64,000 bases of DNA. Origin: Narcine bancroftii (taxonomy: Eukaryota). Made by a program: the position numbers and the translations under genes. The DNA is taken from assembly GCF_036971445.1 (NCBI RefSeq), contig NC_091469.1, positions 157,418,001-157,482,000 on the forward strand. The letters are read 5' to 3'. Positions 28,401 through 39,864 of the stretch are shown piece after piece. The notes below the pieces were generated by a model that searched no databases, was not told where the DNA came from, and worked only from the letters and a program-made list of their open reading frames with translations. How positions within the stretch are numbered: the first letter of the stretch is position 1; every line of letters starts with the position of its first letter.

Positions 28401-31334
28401 TAAAAGGAGGGGCAAAAGGTTTGAGAGAGCCGTGGTTTTAAAGGAATATTGGAAACTTGGTTCGAAGAGAAAGGGAGGCGTACATTAGATATAAGAAGCA
28501 TGGAGTTAAGGAGATGTTTGAAAGATACATTGAATGTAAGAGGAATCTTAAGAGAGGAATTAGGAAAGCTAAAAGAAGGTACGAGAAAACTATGGCAAGC
28601 AGGGTGAAAACTAATCCAAAAGAGTTCTACAAATATGTTAATGGTAAGAGGAAAGCTAGAGACAAAATTGGTCCCTTAGAAAATCAGAGCGGAAAACTGT
28701 GTGTGGAGCCTAGAGAAATGGGGGAGATATTGAACAGTTTCTTTTCTTTGGTATTCACTAAGGAGAAGAATATTGGCAGATGTGAGATAAAAAAAGCAAA
28801 TTGGTTAAATATGGGGAATATAGAGATTACAAAAGGTGTAGTTTTAAGGCTTTTGAAGAATATAAAGGTGGATAAGTCTCCGGGACCAGACAGGATCTTC
28901 CCCAGGACATTGAGAGAGGTGAAGGAGGAAATAGCAGAGGCTCTGGCGGTAATTTTCCAAATGTCATTAGATATGGGGATAGTGCCGGAGGATTGGCGCA
29001 TTGCGCATGTGGTTCCGTTATTTAAAAAGGGTTCAAGGAGGAAGCCTGGCAACTATCGGCCTGTAAGTTTGACGTCTGTGGTAGGTAACTTAATGGAGAA
29101 AATTCTTAGAGATAGTACTTATAAACATCTGGATAGACAGGGTCTGATCAGGAGCACTCAACATGGATTTGTGGGAGGAAGGTCATGTTTGACCAATCTG
29201 ATTGAATTTTTTGAAGAGGTGACTAGGAATGTGGATGAGGGTAGCGCAGTGGATGTTGTCTATATGGACTTCAGTAAGGCCTTCGATAAGGTACCACATG
29301 GAAGGTTAGTTAGGAAGGTGCAGTCTTTAGGTATAAATTTTGAGATAGTCAAATGGATTCAACATTGGCTGAAAGGGAGAGGCCAGAGAGTGGTAGTGGA
29401 TAATTATCTGTCAGGTTGGAGGCCGGTGACCAGTGGTGTGCCTCAAGGATCTGTATTGGGCCCATAGTTGTTCGTTATATACATTAATGATCTAGATGAT
29501 GGGGTGGTGAATTGGATTAGTAAATATGCAGACGATACTAAGATAGGTGGAATAGTGGATAATGAAGAAGGTTTTCAAGGATTGCAGAGGGATTTGGGCT
29601 GCTTAGAAAAGTGGGCTGAAAAATGGCAGATGGAATTTAATGCTGATAAGTGTGAGGTGCTTCATTTTGGTAAGAAGAATCAGAATAGGACATACGTGGT
29701 AAATGGGAGAGCATTGATGAATACAGAAGACCAGAAAGATTTAGGAGTAACGGTACATTGTTCCCTGAAGGTAGAAACTCATTTGAATAGGGTGGTGAAG
29801 AAGGCTTTTAGTATGCTGGCCTTTATCAATCATTACATGGAATATAGGAGTTGGGAGGTGATGTTGAGATTGTATAAGACGTTGGTGCGGCCTAATTTGG
29901 AGTTCTGTGTGCAGTTCTGGTCGCCTAATTATAGGAAGGATATAAACAGAGTGGAGAGAGTGCAGAGAAGGTTTACCAGAATGTTACCTGGGTTTAAGCA
30001 TCTAGAGTATAGGGAGAGATTGGACAGATTAGGTCTTTATTCTTTGGAGCGTAGAAGGTTGAGAGGGGATTTGATAGAAGTATTTAAGATTATGAAAGGG
30101 ATAGACAGAGTGGATGTGGATAGACTATTTCCGTTAAGAGGAGGAAAGATTAAAACAAGAGGACATGAGTTAAGAATTAAGGGGCAGAGGTTTAGAGGTA
30201 ACATGAGGGGGAACTTCTTTACTCAGAGAGTGGTAGCCGTGTGGAATGATCTTCCGGGAGAAATAGTGGCGGCGGAGACAATTGTATTATTTAAGAAAAG
30301 GTTGGACAGGTATATGGATGAGAAGAAGATGGAGGGTTATGGGCATTGTGCAGGGAGGTGGGACTAGAAAGAGGTGTTTGGTTCGGTGCGGACTAGAAGG
30401 GCCTAATGGCCTGTTTCCGTACTGTAATTGTTATGTTATGTTAGAATGGGAGAAAAAAGGGATCAAAAGAATAGAAAATTGTTTTTCAGGAAATAGATTA
30501 TTATCCTTTGAACAAATGAAAGATAAATACAATATAACTCAAGATACAGTGCTGGCATATTACCAACTGAGATCCTACTTGAAGGACAAATTAGGAAGCA
30601 GTCTGAGGTTACCAGAGGGAAGTAACTTTGAATATGTGATTACAGATACAATGACAATCAAAAGATTTATAACAAATATGTATATTAAACTGCAAGAAAA
30701 GGAGAATGAGGAAACAAATGGTAAAACTGAACAAAAATGGGAACAAGATTTAAATATAAAGATAAAAAAGGAAACATGGGAGAAGTTATGTTCTGGAACG
30801 ATGAGAAATACAATAAATATGTGGTTACGTATGATACAATATAACTGGATACACAGGCTATACATTACACCTCAAAAGTTAAATAAATGGGACCCAACAG
30901 TATCTGACAGATGTTTTCGTTGTAAAAAAGAAATGGGAACAACAATTCATGCAATCTGGACGTGTGAGAAAGTAGAAAAATTTTGGGAAGATCTAAACCA
31001 AATATTAAATAAAATTACAGAAAACAATATACCAAAAAATCCAGAGATCTTCCTCCTAAGTAACATAAAAAACAAAGAATTTGGACTCGATTTGGATGGT
31101 GCACAAAAAAGATTTGTTAAGATAGCTCTAGCCGTAGCAAAAAAATGTATTATGTCAACCTGGAAATTGGAAGATAATTTGAAAATACAACAATGGTATA
31201 TAGAAATGAATAAATGTATTCCATTAGAAAAAATAACATATAGTTTAAGAAATAATATTGAAATATTTGAACAAATATGGGAGCCTTACATGAAACACAA
31301 TAGAGAAAACCTACCGGGGACATTCACTACCTAA
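25485..31334 (+). pseudogene. L1 ORF2 (APE endonuclease, RT, Cys-rich domain), frameshifted and interrupted by a CR1
   Basis: ORFs 25485-26882, 27151-27912 and the C-terminal part of 30282-31334; frameshift in the A-run near 26870. Confidence 0.9.
28341..30442 (+). mobile_element. Young 5'-truncated CR1 inserted in L1 ORF2
   Basis: 28457-30367 is one frame with a single TAG (29465-29467); (GTTAT)n tail; the L1 reads ..cctttagaga|atgggag across the insert. Confidence 0.93.
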
Positions 31335-32068
31335 ATTAACGAAAGGAGAAGGAAATGAAAAGAATTGACTCAGTAGAATTTCTTGTTTATTTTTATTGAA
31401 TGACAACATTGTTTGACTTGTTTAAAGTATCTTAGATTTTGTACTTTAAATGGATGGGGGGGGGAGGTAGGGAGGGTGGGATGGGAGGAGGGAGGGGGAG
31501 AAAATGGCACTGTATATATTTGAAAAGGAAAATGTATGTATCATGGTCAATGTGGTTTATGGTGTGAAAAATAAAAAATGTAATAGAAAAAAAAACCTAT
31601 CCAGAGATTGTGCTGCTTCCCAACATGTCTGCTGCTTGAGTGATCAAATGTAAGAAATCGATTTTTGCAAGACATGGAATTCCTCAAGTTGTCAACAGTG
31701 ACAATGGACCATGCTATAGTTGTGGAGAATTCCAGAACTTGGAAGAAGGATAACTTTCAACATGACTTCAAGTCCTCTGCATCCACAGTCAAATGGTAAA
31801 GCAGAGAAAGGAGTTCACATCATCAAACAGTTGCTCAAGAAAGCACTAGACAGTGACGCAGATCCGTATCTCGCTCTACTGAGTTACAGGCTTTGCCATT
31901 TTAACATGACATGTCACCCACTGAGCTTCTGATGGGACAGAGACTACACACCACACTTCCCTACTCTGCAGACCCAAAAAAGAATGGAGATGTCAAAAAT
32001 GTGGACCGGAAACAAAAGCATTTGCAATGAAGACAAAAAGCAAACTATGGCCAGTCAGCAAGAAGTTT

Positions 32069-32194
32069 AAGGCCACTGGCACGACATGACACAGTGAGAC
32101 TCAGAGATTCCAATACTTGGGACAAAAAGGCCACTGGCACAACATGACACAGTGAGACTCAGAGATTCCAATACTTGGGACAAAAAGGCCACTG
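32069..32194 (+). repeat. 58-bp tandem duplication in the Gypsy integrase C-terminus
   Basis: AAGGCCACTG recurs at 32069, 32127 and 32185; the units are near-identical. Confidence 0.9.
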
Positions 32195-32481
32195 TTCTGA
32201 GGAAGTCAATCCAAGATCCTACACAGTCAGACAGAAGATGGTCAAATACAGAGGAGGAATCAAAAGAGCCTGCTGAAAATGCAAGAGATACTGTGGGAAC
32301 AGACAAATGCAGAGGATCCAGCCTGCACAGAAACAGAGGAAACACCACCAGTGCTGGACAGTAGTGGAGCAGCGGAGCCGACACAAGCAACTGTGTTAAG
32401 AAGATCCACACACGTTATTGAAGCTCCTGGCAGACTGAATCTCTAAAAGAAAAAGAAATGTGCACTTAAAAGCTTGTGTTG

Positions 32482-33365
32482 CTCTTTTTGTGGATAGTGA
32501 GGAAGGTTTTCATGGACTGCAGAAGGATTTGGACTGCTGAGAAGAGTGGGCTGAAAGGTGGCAGATGGGGTTTAATGAGGATAAGTGTGAAATGCTTCAT
32601 TTTGGGAGGAATAACCAAAACAGGACACATGCAGTGAAGGGGAGGGGATTGAGGAATGCAGAGGAACAGAGTATTGGAGTAACGGTTCATCGTTCCTTGA
32701 AAGTGGATTCACATATAGATAGGGTGGTGAAGAAGGCTTTTGATATGCTGTTCTTTATAAATCATAGCATAGAATATAGGAGCTGGGAGGTGATGTTGAG
32801 ACAGTTCAAGGTATTGGTCAGGCCAAGTTTGGAATATTCTGTGCAATTCTGGTCTCCAAATTATAGGAAGGATATCAATAAGGTGGAGAGGGTGCAGAGA
32901 AGATTTACTAAAATGTGCCTATATTGCAGTATATAGAAAACGGAGAAAGATTGGGTAGATTGGGTCTTTATTCATTGGAATATAGAAGATTGAGGGGGGA
33001 TTTGATAGAGGTATATAAAATTATAAGGGGGATAGATAGAGTAGATGTGAATAGGCTCTTCCCCTTGAGGGTAGGGGAGATTGGAACAAGGGGTCATAAG
33101 TTAAAGATTAGGGGGCAAAACTTTAAAAGTAACATAAGATGAAGCTTCTTCACTCAGAGAGTGGTGGCTGAATGGAATGACCTTCTGGAAGAGGTGGTTG
33201 CAGTAAGGTCAATTTTGTCATTTAAGTGGAGGTTGGATGTGATGAGGTTGGAGGGTTATGGACAGAGAGCAGGTAGGTGGAACTAGAGGAGTTCACTTAA
33301 ATCAGTGCGGACTAGAGGGGCCGAGTTGGCCTGATTCCATACTGTAATTTTTATATGATTTTTAT
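32482..33365 (+). mobile_element. CR1 LINE 3' fragment in the Gypsy 3'UTR
   Basis: KCEMLHFGRNN..RPSLEYSVQFWSP ORFs and a CR1 tail. Confidence 0.88.
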
Positions 33366-33612
33366 ATCTTTTGTATTGAACTTAAAATTGACAGAATACT
33401 GTATTAGTGTGTCATGTTGCTAAATTAAATATGTCAAGGAAAGGGGATATAGTGATAGGGTGTTAACACTAGGAGGAGTCAGAGATTAGTTTGTAGCATC
33501 TTGGTAATTCAAGTTAGCATGAGGTCTTAGTGCTGTGTGCTTTAGTTAATGAAGAATAGTTGTTTTAAAAGAACCCGTTTCCTTATTGTAATAAAAAAAT
33601 CATCACACTTAC

Positions 33613-33867
33613 CTTCAGAAACATCCCCTGTTTTAACCTCTTTGGCATTGGTGGCCATGCATCCAGCTGCTGGATCATGAAGGCTGGAATTTCCAGCCTG
33701 AATCTCTCCATTCTCGACACTGTTCTGTGCATAACGATCTATAATGGCCATGCACACATCATCATGGCTGTCCATTGTTCCTGGTGTTGGAGCTGCCTGG
33801 TTTATATTTTCCGCTGTTGTCTTAATAGTGGAGTAAATAATAACTTCTTTTTCTAACCCCTGTAAAA
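33613..33867 (-). CDS. Siglec-15-like receptor, cytoplasmic exon with ITIM (IIYSTI)
   Basis: Acceptor tttctgtgtctttgacag|TT, donor GAAG|gtaagt, 255 nt, phase 1/1; encodes VLQGLEKEVIIYSTIKTT...GDVSE. Confidence 0.82.
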
Positions 33868-34182
33868 CTGTCAAAGACACAGAAATGTCAGAAAACATGG
33901 CAGGAAAATCACAGCTCCGACACGACTCTCTCCCAGGACTGAAACTGTCAATGGGAATATGAGGGAATCCTGGATCAATTATCACAAAATAGGGAGCTTT
34001 CCAATGTGGCCTTTGGCCAGGATCATGGGAGATGATGTCGCTGCTCTATTCCCAGCTCCAGGGTTGGGAAGAATAATTCAGGCTGACATTCCAGGTGTAG
34101 CACTGTTGGGGAGCCGCACTTTCATCTGAGGATTGCGGATGAGGTATTAAATAGAGACCTTTTCCACCTTTTCAGTGAGATC

Positions 34183-35315
34183 TAAGGGGTGGTTAGCGTA
34201 GCGATTAACGTGATGCTATTACAGCGCCAGTTACCCAGGTTCAAATCCAACGCTGTCTGCAAGAAGTTTGTACATTCTGTGTTGGAGGACCCCCCCCCCC
34301 ACCAAGCTTGGGATTTGAACCCTGGTCCTGATGGCTGGCGCTGTAACTGCATTGCGCTAGCAGCTATGCTATCCATGTCACCCTAAGTTTGTATGTTCTC
34401 CCCGTGACTGCGTGGGTTTCCACTGGGTGCTCCGGTTTCCTCCCACCGTTCAAAAAGTACTGGGGCTGTAGGTCAATTGGGTATGTTACAGAGTCTAGAG
34501 GACCCCAAAAACCAGCAGTAATAGATATTCACCACAACACAGGGTTTCTTAAACAAAAGTAGTTTTTAATTATATTTGAACAAGAAAACAGAATTAAACT
34601 TTAACTTATTACTTAACCTACTTAACTAATCTACCTAACTACTCAATCCCCTCTCTAACACTAAGCGCAGGTGTGTGTAATGTCAATTTAAGATTAGAAA
34701 AGTTCTTTGGATCACAGTCCAATCTCACTAGTTGCAGGCAATTCTTGTTCTGTGCACAGAAGTTAGCATTAACTAAGTTCACCAGGCTTTGGTGCTTAAC
34801 AGGCAAATGGTTACCACTCAGGAGGTTTCTTCCTGGTTTTCAGAGAGAGATTCCTTTTCCAGGACATCCACAACTGATTGCTTCTCAATCAGTCTTGCTG
34901 ACAAAACTTGGCCCCTTCAGAGTTCTCCAGATGATCCTCTTTCTTTCAGGTCACCTTTCACACCACCAGCCTTCACCTTTGACCAAAGTTTGCCAGCTTT
35001 GTCCTTCTGGAACTGATTTCAGTCTCCTCTCTCTCTGTGTTTCACACCTTCCCTCCCTGAGAGCAAAATTGTTCTCCTCTGCCTGCAAAGATCACATGCT
35101 CTCCCAGGCAACCTGCTGTCCATGCTTTGTTGCCTCCTGCAAAAAGCATTCTGCAAAAGTTCTGCAAATATTCCGTTTTGAAATGTGTGAGTGAGAAAGC
35201 TGCTCTAACAATTCCTCCCAAACCACCTCTAAATACTCTGTTACAGGTGAACTTGGATGGCACAGACTCATGGGCCAGAAGGGTCTGTTACCATGCTCTA
35301 TCTCTAATTTTTTAA
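34183..35315 (+). mobile_element. V-SINE-like element interrupted by an inverted SINE head (about 34290-34385) and a solo LTR
   Basis: A/B-box-like head ggttagcgtagcg..ggttcaaatcc; core gttctccccgtgactgcgtgggttt; the tail resumes at 35246. Confidence 0.7.
34484..35245. mobile_element. Solo LTR (762 bp)
   Basis: TGTTAC...GTTACA ends; 4-bp TSD GGTA/GGTG; the SINE is continuous across it. Confidence 0.75.
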
Positions 35316-35634
35316 AAATTTTCATAAGGAAGAATGAGAGGTGCCCAATTGAAATGTACAAAATACTCTTATTGGGTTTGACAATTTAGTAACATGAAGG
35401 ATATTTTCCATGACTGAGGAGTCTAGAACCAAGGCAAATGTTAGGCAAGTCTTTTGGATGTTAGTCTTCCATCTTACCCACACAACTGAATCAGCCAAGC
35501 TCAGAGAGACCATCTTTGGCAAGGCTTGGATGATACTGGAAAAACTCGTTATAAGATTCAAGTCTAATCGCAGCCTTGCTTTTCAAAGAACATTCTCAAT
35601 GTGAATGAGGTGTTTTGGAAGATTGCCCCATTAC

Positions 35635-35706
35635 CTGGCTCCGCTCCTTCTGATTTCAGATCATTTGCCACATTGGGATCAACAGAGCTTTGACCCTTAT
35701 GGGAAT
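35635..35706 (-). CDS. Siglec-15-like receptor, short cytoplasmic exon (DSHKGQSSVDPNVANDLKSEGAEP)
   Basis: Acceptor ttttatttgacag|AT, donor CCAG|gtaatg, 72 nt, phase 1/1, frame-compatible with both neighbours, non-repetitive sequence. Confidence 0.75.
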
Positions 35707-35736
35707 CTGTCAAATAAAAACCACAAAGGTAAGAAA

Positions 35737-35928
35737 GTATTTCCAGGGAGATGAACACTGAGGAGTGGATCAGGACCAGGGTTCGAATCCCATGCTGTCT
35801 GTATTTCCAGGGAGATGAACACTGAGGGGTGGATCAGGACCAGGGTTTGAATCCCATGCTGTCTGTATTTCCAGGGAGTTGAACACTGAGGGGTGGATCA
35901 GGACCAGGGTTCAAATCCCATGCTGTCT
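35737..35928 (+). repeat. 3 x 64-bp tandem repeat containing a SINE B-box, followed by SINE body to about 36105
   Basis: Units start at 35737, 35801 and 35865; each has GGTTCGAATCC or a one-base variant. Confidence 0.92.
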
Positions 35929-36142
35929 GTAAGGACTTTGTATGCTCTCCCTGTGTCTGCGTGGGTTTTCCCCTGGGGCTTCGGTTTCCAGTCACTATTC
36001 AAAAATGTACCGGGATGTAGGTTAATTGGGTGTAAATTGGGTGGCACAGACTCATGGGCTGAAATGGCCTGTTACAATGCTGTATGTCTAAAATCCAAAA
36101 AGATCTAAGTAACAAAGCTACCAAAGCCCTATACATTCAGAG

Positions 36143-36274
36143 CAGTGGTTTTCAACCTTTTTTCTTCCCACTCACATCCCACCTTAAGCAATCACTTACT
36201 AATCACCGAGCACCGATGTCATAGGGATTACATAAAGTGGAATGTGAGTTTGGGGCACAATTTGAAAACCACTG
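36143..36274. mobile_element. hAT-type MITE, single unit
   Basis: CAGTGGTTTTCAA...TTGAAAACCACTG; 8-bp TSD ATTCAGAG/ATTTAGAG. Confidence 0.85.
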
Positions 36275-36399
36275 ATTTAGAGCAAGAAATCTTAACTGTT
36301 GCAGTCATAATGTCTTGCATTAAAGTTCTACGTAATATTTGTCTTCACCTGCATGTCAGTTTATCTTGACTTGTGCACAAAGATATTTTCAGAGAACAG

Positions 36400-37398
36400 A
36401 GATCATTCCTGCTCATGATGCTGTGCCAACCTTTGTAAACCTACTCCACAACCACCTCACCCTTCCCTACCTCACGCCCAGAGCCCTCCATTTTCTGTCT
36501 AAGAGTCTTTCAAAATGTCCCTGTTGTACCAGCCTCTACCACCTGGCAATGCATTCCAGACACCTGCCGCTCTTTGACATGTCCCCAAAACTTTCCTCCA
36601 CTCACTTTAAACGGATGTGTTCTGGTATTTGCTGTTGTCATCACAGGAAAAAGGTGGTAGCTGTCCATCCTATCTATGCCCTTCATATACCTCTATTATC
36701 TATCCTCTCATCCTCAGTTGCTCCGGAGAGAAAAGCCCTAGCCTTTGCTTCACATGACATGTTCTCCAATCCAGGCAACATCCTGGTAAATCTCCTCTGC
36801 ATCGTCTCTAGAGCATCTACATCTTTCCTGAACAGAACTGAAGACAACCCTCCATGCTTGGTCTAACCAGAGGTTTCTTAGTGTTGCAACATCTAAATTA
36901 CTCCTGGTGCCATGAACTAGGGAGGATCAGAATGGGAAGATAGCGCAGACAAATGAGCGGTGGATGTGATGGTGCAGGGGGCAGGGTTTCAAAATCTTTG
37001 AATCAATAGAACTTTTTTCTGGGGAAAGGGTGGCCTGTACAAGTGGGACAGGTTGCACATGAACTTGAGGGGAGCTAATATCCTGGCAGGGAGGTTTGCT
37101 CATGCTGTTTGGGGGGATGGGGGGTGGGAAATGGTTTTAAAACTAGATTAACGGGGAAGTAAGGGGTGGGAACCAAGAGGTGGAGGATGCAGCGATTGGC
37201 TCCTGAGCACAGGCAGATGGGGAAAAATTGAAGCCATGGGAAGAGCTGCAATGCCACAAAAACAGAGTTTTAAAAAAAAACAAGTACTGGGCTAAAGGTT
37301 TTGTATTTAAATTCATGCAGGAAAATAAATAAAATGGATGACCTTCTCATACAGCTGGAGATTAACAAGTTGTGGTCATCAAAGAGTTGAGGCTAACC
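36400..37398. mobile_element. Decayed CR1 fragments (minus-strand 3' end to about 36890; plus-strand ORF1 esterase/ORF2 start after it)
   Basis: CR1 tail motifs; WCRGQGF..LYKWDRLHMN..GANILA remnant. Confidence 0.65.
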
Positions 37399-37743
37399 CA
37401 GTGGTCCTCAACCTTTTTCTTTCCACTCACATCCCACTTTAAGTGATCCCTCTGCCTTGGTGGGATTGCTTAAGGTGGCATGTGGATGAGAAGAAAAAGT
37501 TTGGAAACCTCTTTTTTAATCGTCCCTAACATTATGTGGACGGTTTCCAAAGGAAGTGGGCCAATGACAATTTTTCTCAAGCAAAATATTTCAGTAACAA
37601 TTGGGTCTAGAGCAGTGATTCTCAACCGTCCCTTCCCACTCATATACCACCTAAAGCAATCCCTTACTAATCACAGAGCACTGATGGCAGACGGATTACT
37701 TAAAGTGGTATGTAAGTGGAAATAAAAAGGTTGAGAATCACTG
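37399..37743. mobile_element. Second copy of the composite hAT MITE, inverted relative to 5151-5520
   Basis: Same TIRs; the spacer is the reverse complement of 5280-5391; no matching TSD. Confidence 0.8.
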
Positions 37744-37767
37744 CTCTAAGGGTTTTAGGTTCTAAAA

Positions 37768-38660
37768 CTAGATCAAATAGCAAGGGTCTAAAGAGACATC
37801 CCTGTCTAGTTCCCCTAAACAGGAGGATGTGTTATTATTAGTAACCACCATAGGTAAGGGAGTACTATAAATCAATTTAATCCATGATATAAAGCCCTTA
37901 CCAAAATTAAATCTCCTTAATGTTTCAAATAAATAGTTCCACTCCACTCTGTCAAAAGCCTTTTCAGCATCTAGAGAAATTACACATTCAGGAATTAAAA
38001 CCAAAGGGGAATAAGTAATATTCAATGATCTATGGATGTTAAAATTTGAATAAATCCAGTCTGATCTTTAGATATAACAGAGGGAAGGATATTTTCCAAT
38101 CAACCAGCCAAAATCTTAGCGAGAACCTTAAAATCTACATTCAGCAAAGAAATTGGCCTAGAGGAAGTACATTCAGCCAGATCTTTATTCTTTTTAGGAA
38201 TCAATGAAATTGACGCTTTTTTAAAAGTTGGCAGTAAGGTCCTAGAAAAAATGGAATTTTCAAATACTTTAGATAGTTGAAGGGCAAGTAAATTAGTAAA
38301 TGATTTAAAAAATTCCACCATAAAGCCATCCAGACCAGGAGCCTTGTCAGATTGAAGAGAATAAATAGCTTGGGAAACTTCAAAGTCTGAAATTGAAAGC
38401 TTCCAACAAGTTTTGATCTTCCAGTGATATTTTGGGGAAATCCAATTGTTGCAAAAATCTATCCATTGACATAGAATTATCAGGAAATTCAGATTTGTAT
38501 AGATCTGAACAGAATTCTTGAAACATTTAATTAATTTCAGAATGGTCAAAAGTAAAATTTCCATCCTTCTTGTAATTTGTCTTTTAGATGCCGCTGCCTT
38601 CAGTTGACTAGCTAACAGGTTACCTGATTTCTCTCCATGTACATAAAATTGAGATCCCTA
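37768..38660 (-). mobile_element. Old L1-clade RT fragment (different family)
   Basis: KAPGLDGF.VEFFK, RPISLLNVDFK and SLDAEKAFDRVEW. Confidence 0.85.
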
Positions 38661-38815
38661 AGTCTTCTGCTCCTCCTTTGCTTCAGTCGCATTTGAAAAT
38701 GGTTCTAAGCATCCCCACTCAATCCTGGGCCACTTTGCTGCTCTTGTTAAACTGAGTGGGGATATGATGGTGTTGGGTGTTCAGAAAGAGTTGAAGAGGA
38801 TATATCCTTTGATAT

Positions 38816-39860
38816 TCAGATACATATCAATATCTGCCTTAAATACCCCCAATGATCTTGCATCCATAGCAAATTCCAGAGGTTCACCACTCTCTGGTTA
38901 AAGAAATTGCTCCACATCTCTGTTTGAAATGGGCGCCCTGCAATCCCGAAGTTGTGCCCTCTTGTCCTCGACTCCCCTCCCATGGAAAGCAACTTTGCCA
39001 CATCTACTCTATCTAGGCCTTTCAACACTCAAAATGCTTCTGTGAGGTCCCCCGTCCTCCTTCTGAACTCTAAGGAGTATAGTCCAAGAGCCGTCAAATG
39101 TTCCTCACATGCTATTCCCTTCATTCCAGGAATCTTTTCTGAACTCTCTCCAATGCCAGCACATCCTTTCTTAAATAAGGACCCCACAACTGTACCCCAT
39201 TCTCCAAGTGAAGCCTCACCAGTGCCTTGAAAACCCCCAACATCTTTTCCATTCAAATATTTCTTATTTTTTGGAATATACCCTCCTTATTTCTTCCAGA
39301 AATTCCAGCCATTGCTCATCTGCTGTCCTCCCTGCTCCTGTGCCTTTCCAATCAACTTTTGCCAGTTCATCTCTTATATCTCTGTAGTTCCCTTTATTCC
39401 ACTGGTATACGGACACATCTGATTTTAGTTTCTCCCTCCCAAACTGCAGGGTGAATTCTATCGTATTATGATCATTCGCTCCTAAAGGTTCCCTTACCTA
39501 CAGTTCCCTTATCAACTCTGGTTCATTGTACAATATCCAATCCAGAATGATCCCGGTCAGCTCAACCACATGTAGTTCTAAGAAGCCATCTCATAGGCAT
39601 TCTACAAATGTTCTCTCTTGAGATCCCATCCAACCTGGTTTCCCCAATCCACTTGCATGTTAAAATATAACTTTGCCCTTCTGACATGCCTTTTCTATTT
39701 GCTGTTGAATCCTTCCTGTAATGCAGTAACCAGATTAGACACAGTTGTCCAAGTGTGGCCACAACCAGTTTTTTCAGTGGCAACGAGATTTGGTAACTTT
39801 TATACTCAGTTCCTCAGGCAATGAAGGCAAGTATGCTGAATGCCTTCTTTACCACCTTAC
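38816..39860 (-). mobile_element. Decayed CR1 fragments
   Basis: LGLYSLEFRR, TRGHN and NQRVVNLWN remnants. Confidence 0.7.
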
Positions 39861-39864
39861 TAGT

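Larger units (their letters stand above)
23649..31596 (+). mobile_element. Full-length L1-clade LINE (CpG-rich 5' end, ORF1, ORF2, poly-A), inactivated
   Basis: TSD CTATCCAGAGA (23638-23648 / 31597-31607). ORF1 has RRNNIKIVG, IERAHR and FYPD; ORF2 from 25485 has QETH, GGDFN, SDH, QGCPLSP and FADD; poly-A tail. Confidence 0.95.
11067..33607 (+). mobile_element. Old Ty3/Gypsy LTR retrotransposon expanded to 22.5 kb by nested insertions
   Basis: LTRs at 11067-11246 and 33448-33607, both ending AATAAA..CATCACA; PPT aaggaaagggga; gag start 11333 (MESVKAP..W..FKQ); RT/RNaseH about 19655-20603; integrase 23287-23648 and 31608-32445; 5-bp TSD TTTAC/CTTAC. Confidence 0.88.

Noticed and set aside
30282-31334. 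350-aa ORF as a novel fusion protein
   Set aside because: Chance read-through from the CR1 tail into the interrupted L1 ORF2.
33640-33770. CMA motifs (DVCMAI, AGCMAT) as decayed ITIMs via TAC>TGC
   Set aside because: The -2 residues do not fit an ITIM, and there is no ortholog evidence available.
35737-35928. CRISPR-like array or tRNA genes
   Set aside because: Head-to-tail repeats with no unique spacers; B-box only, no cloverleaf; eukaryotic context.
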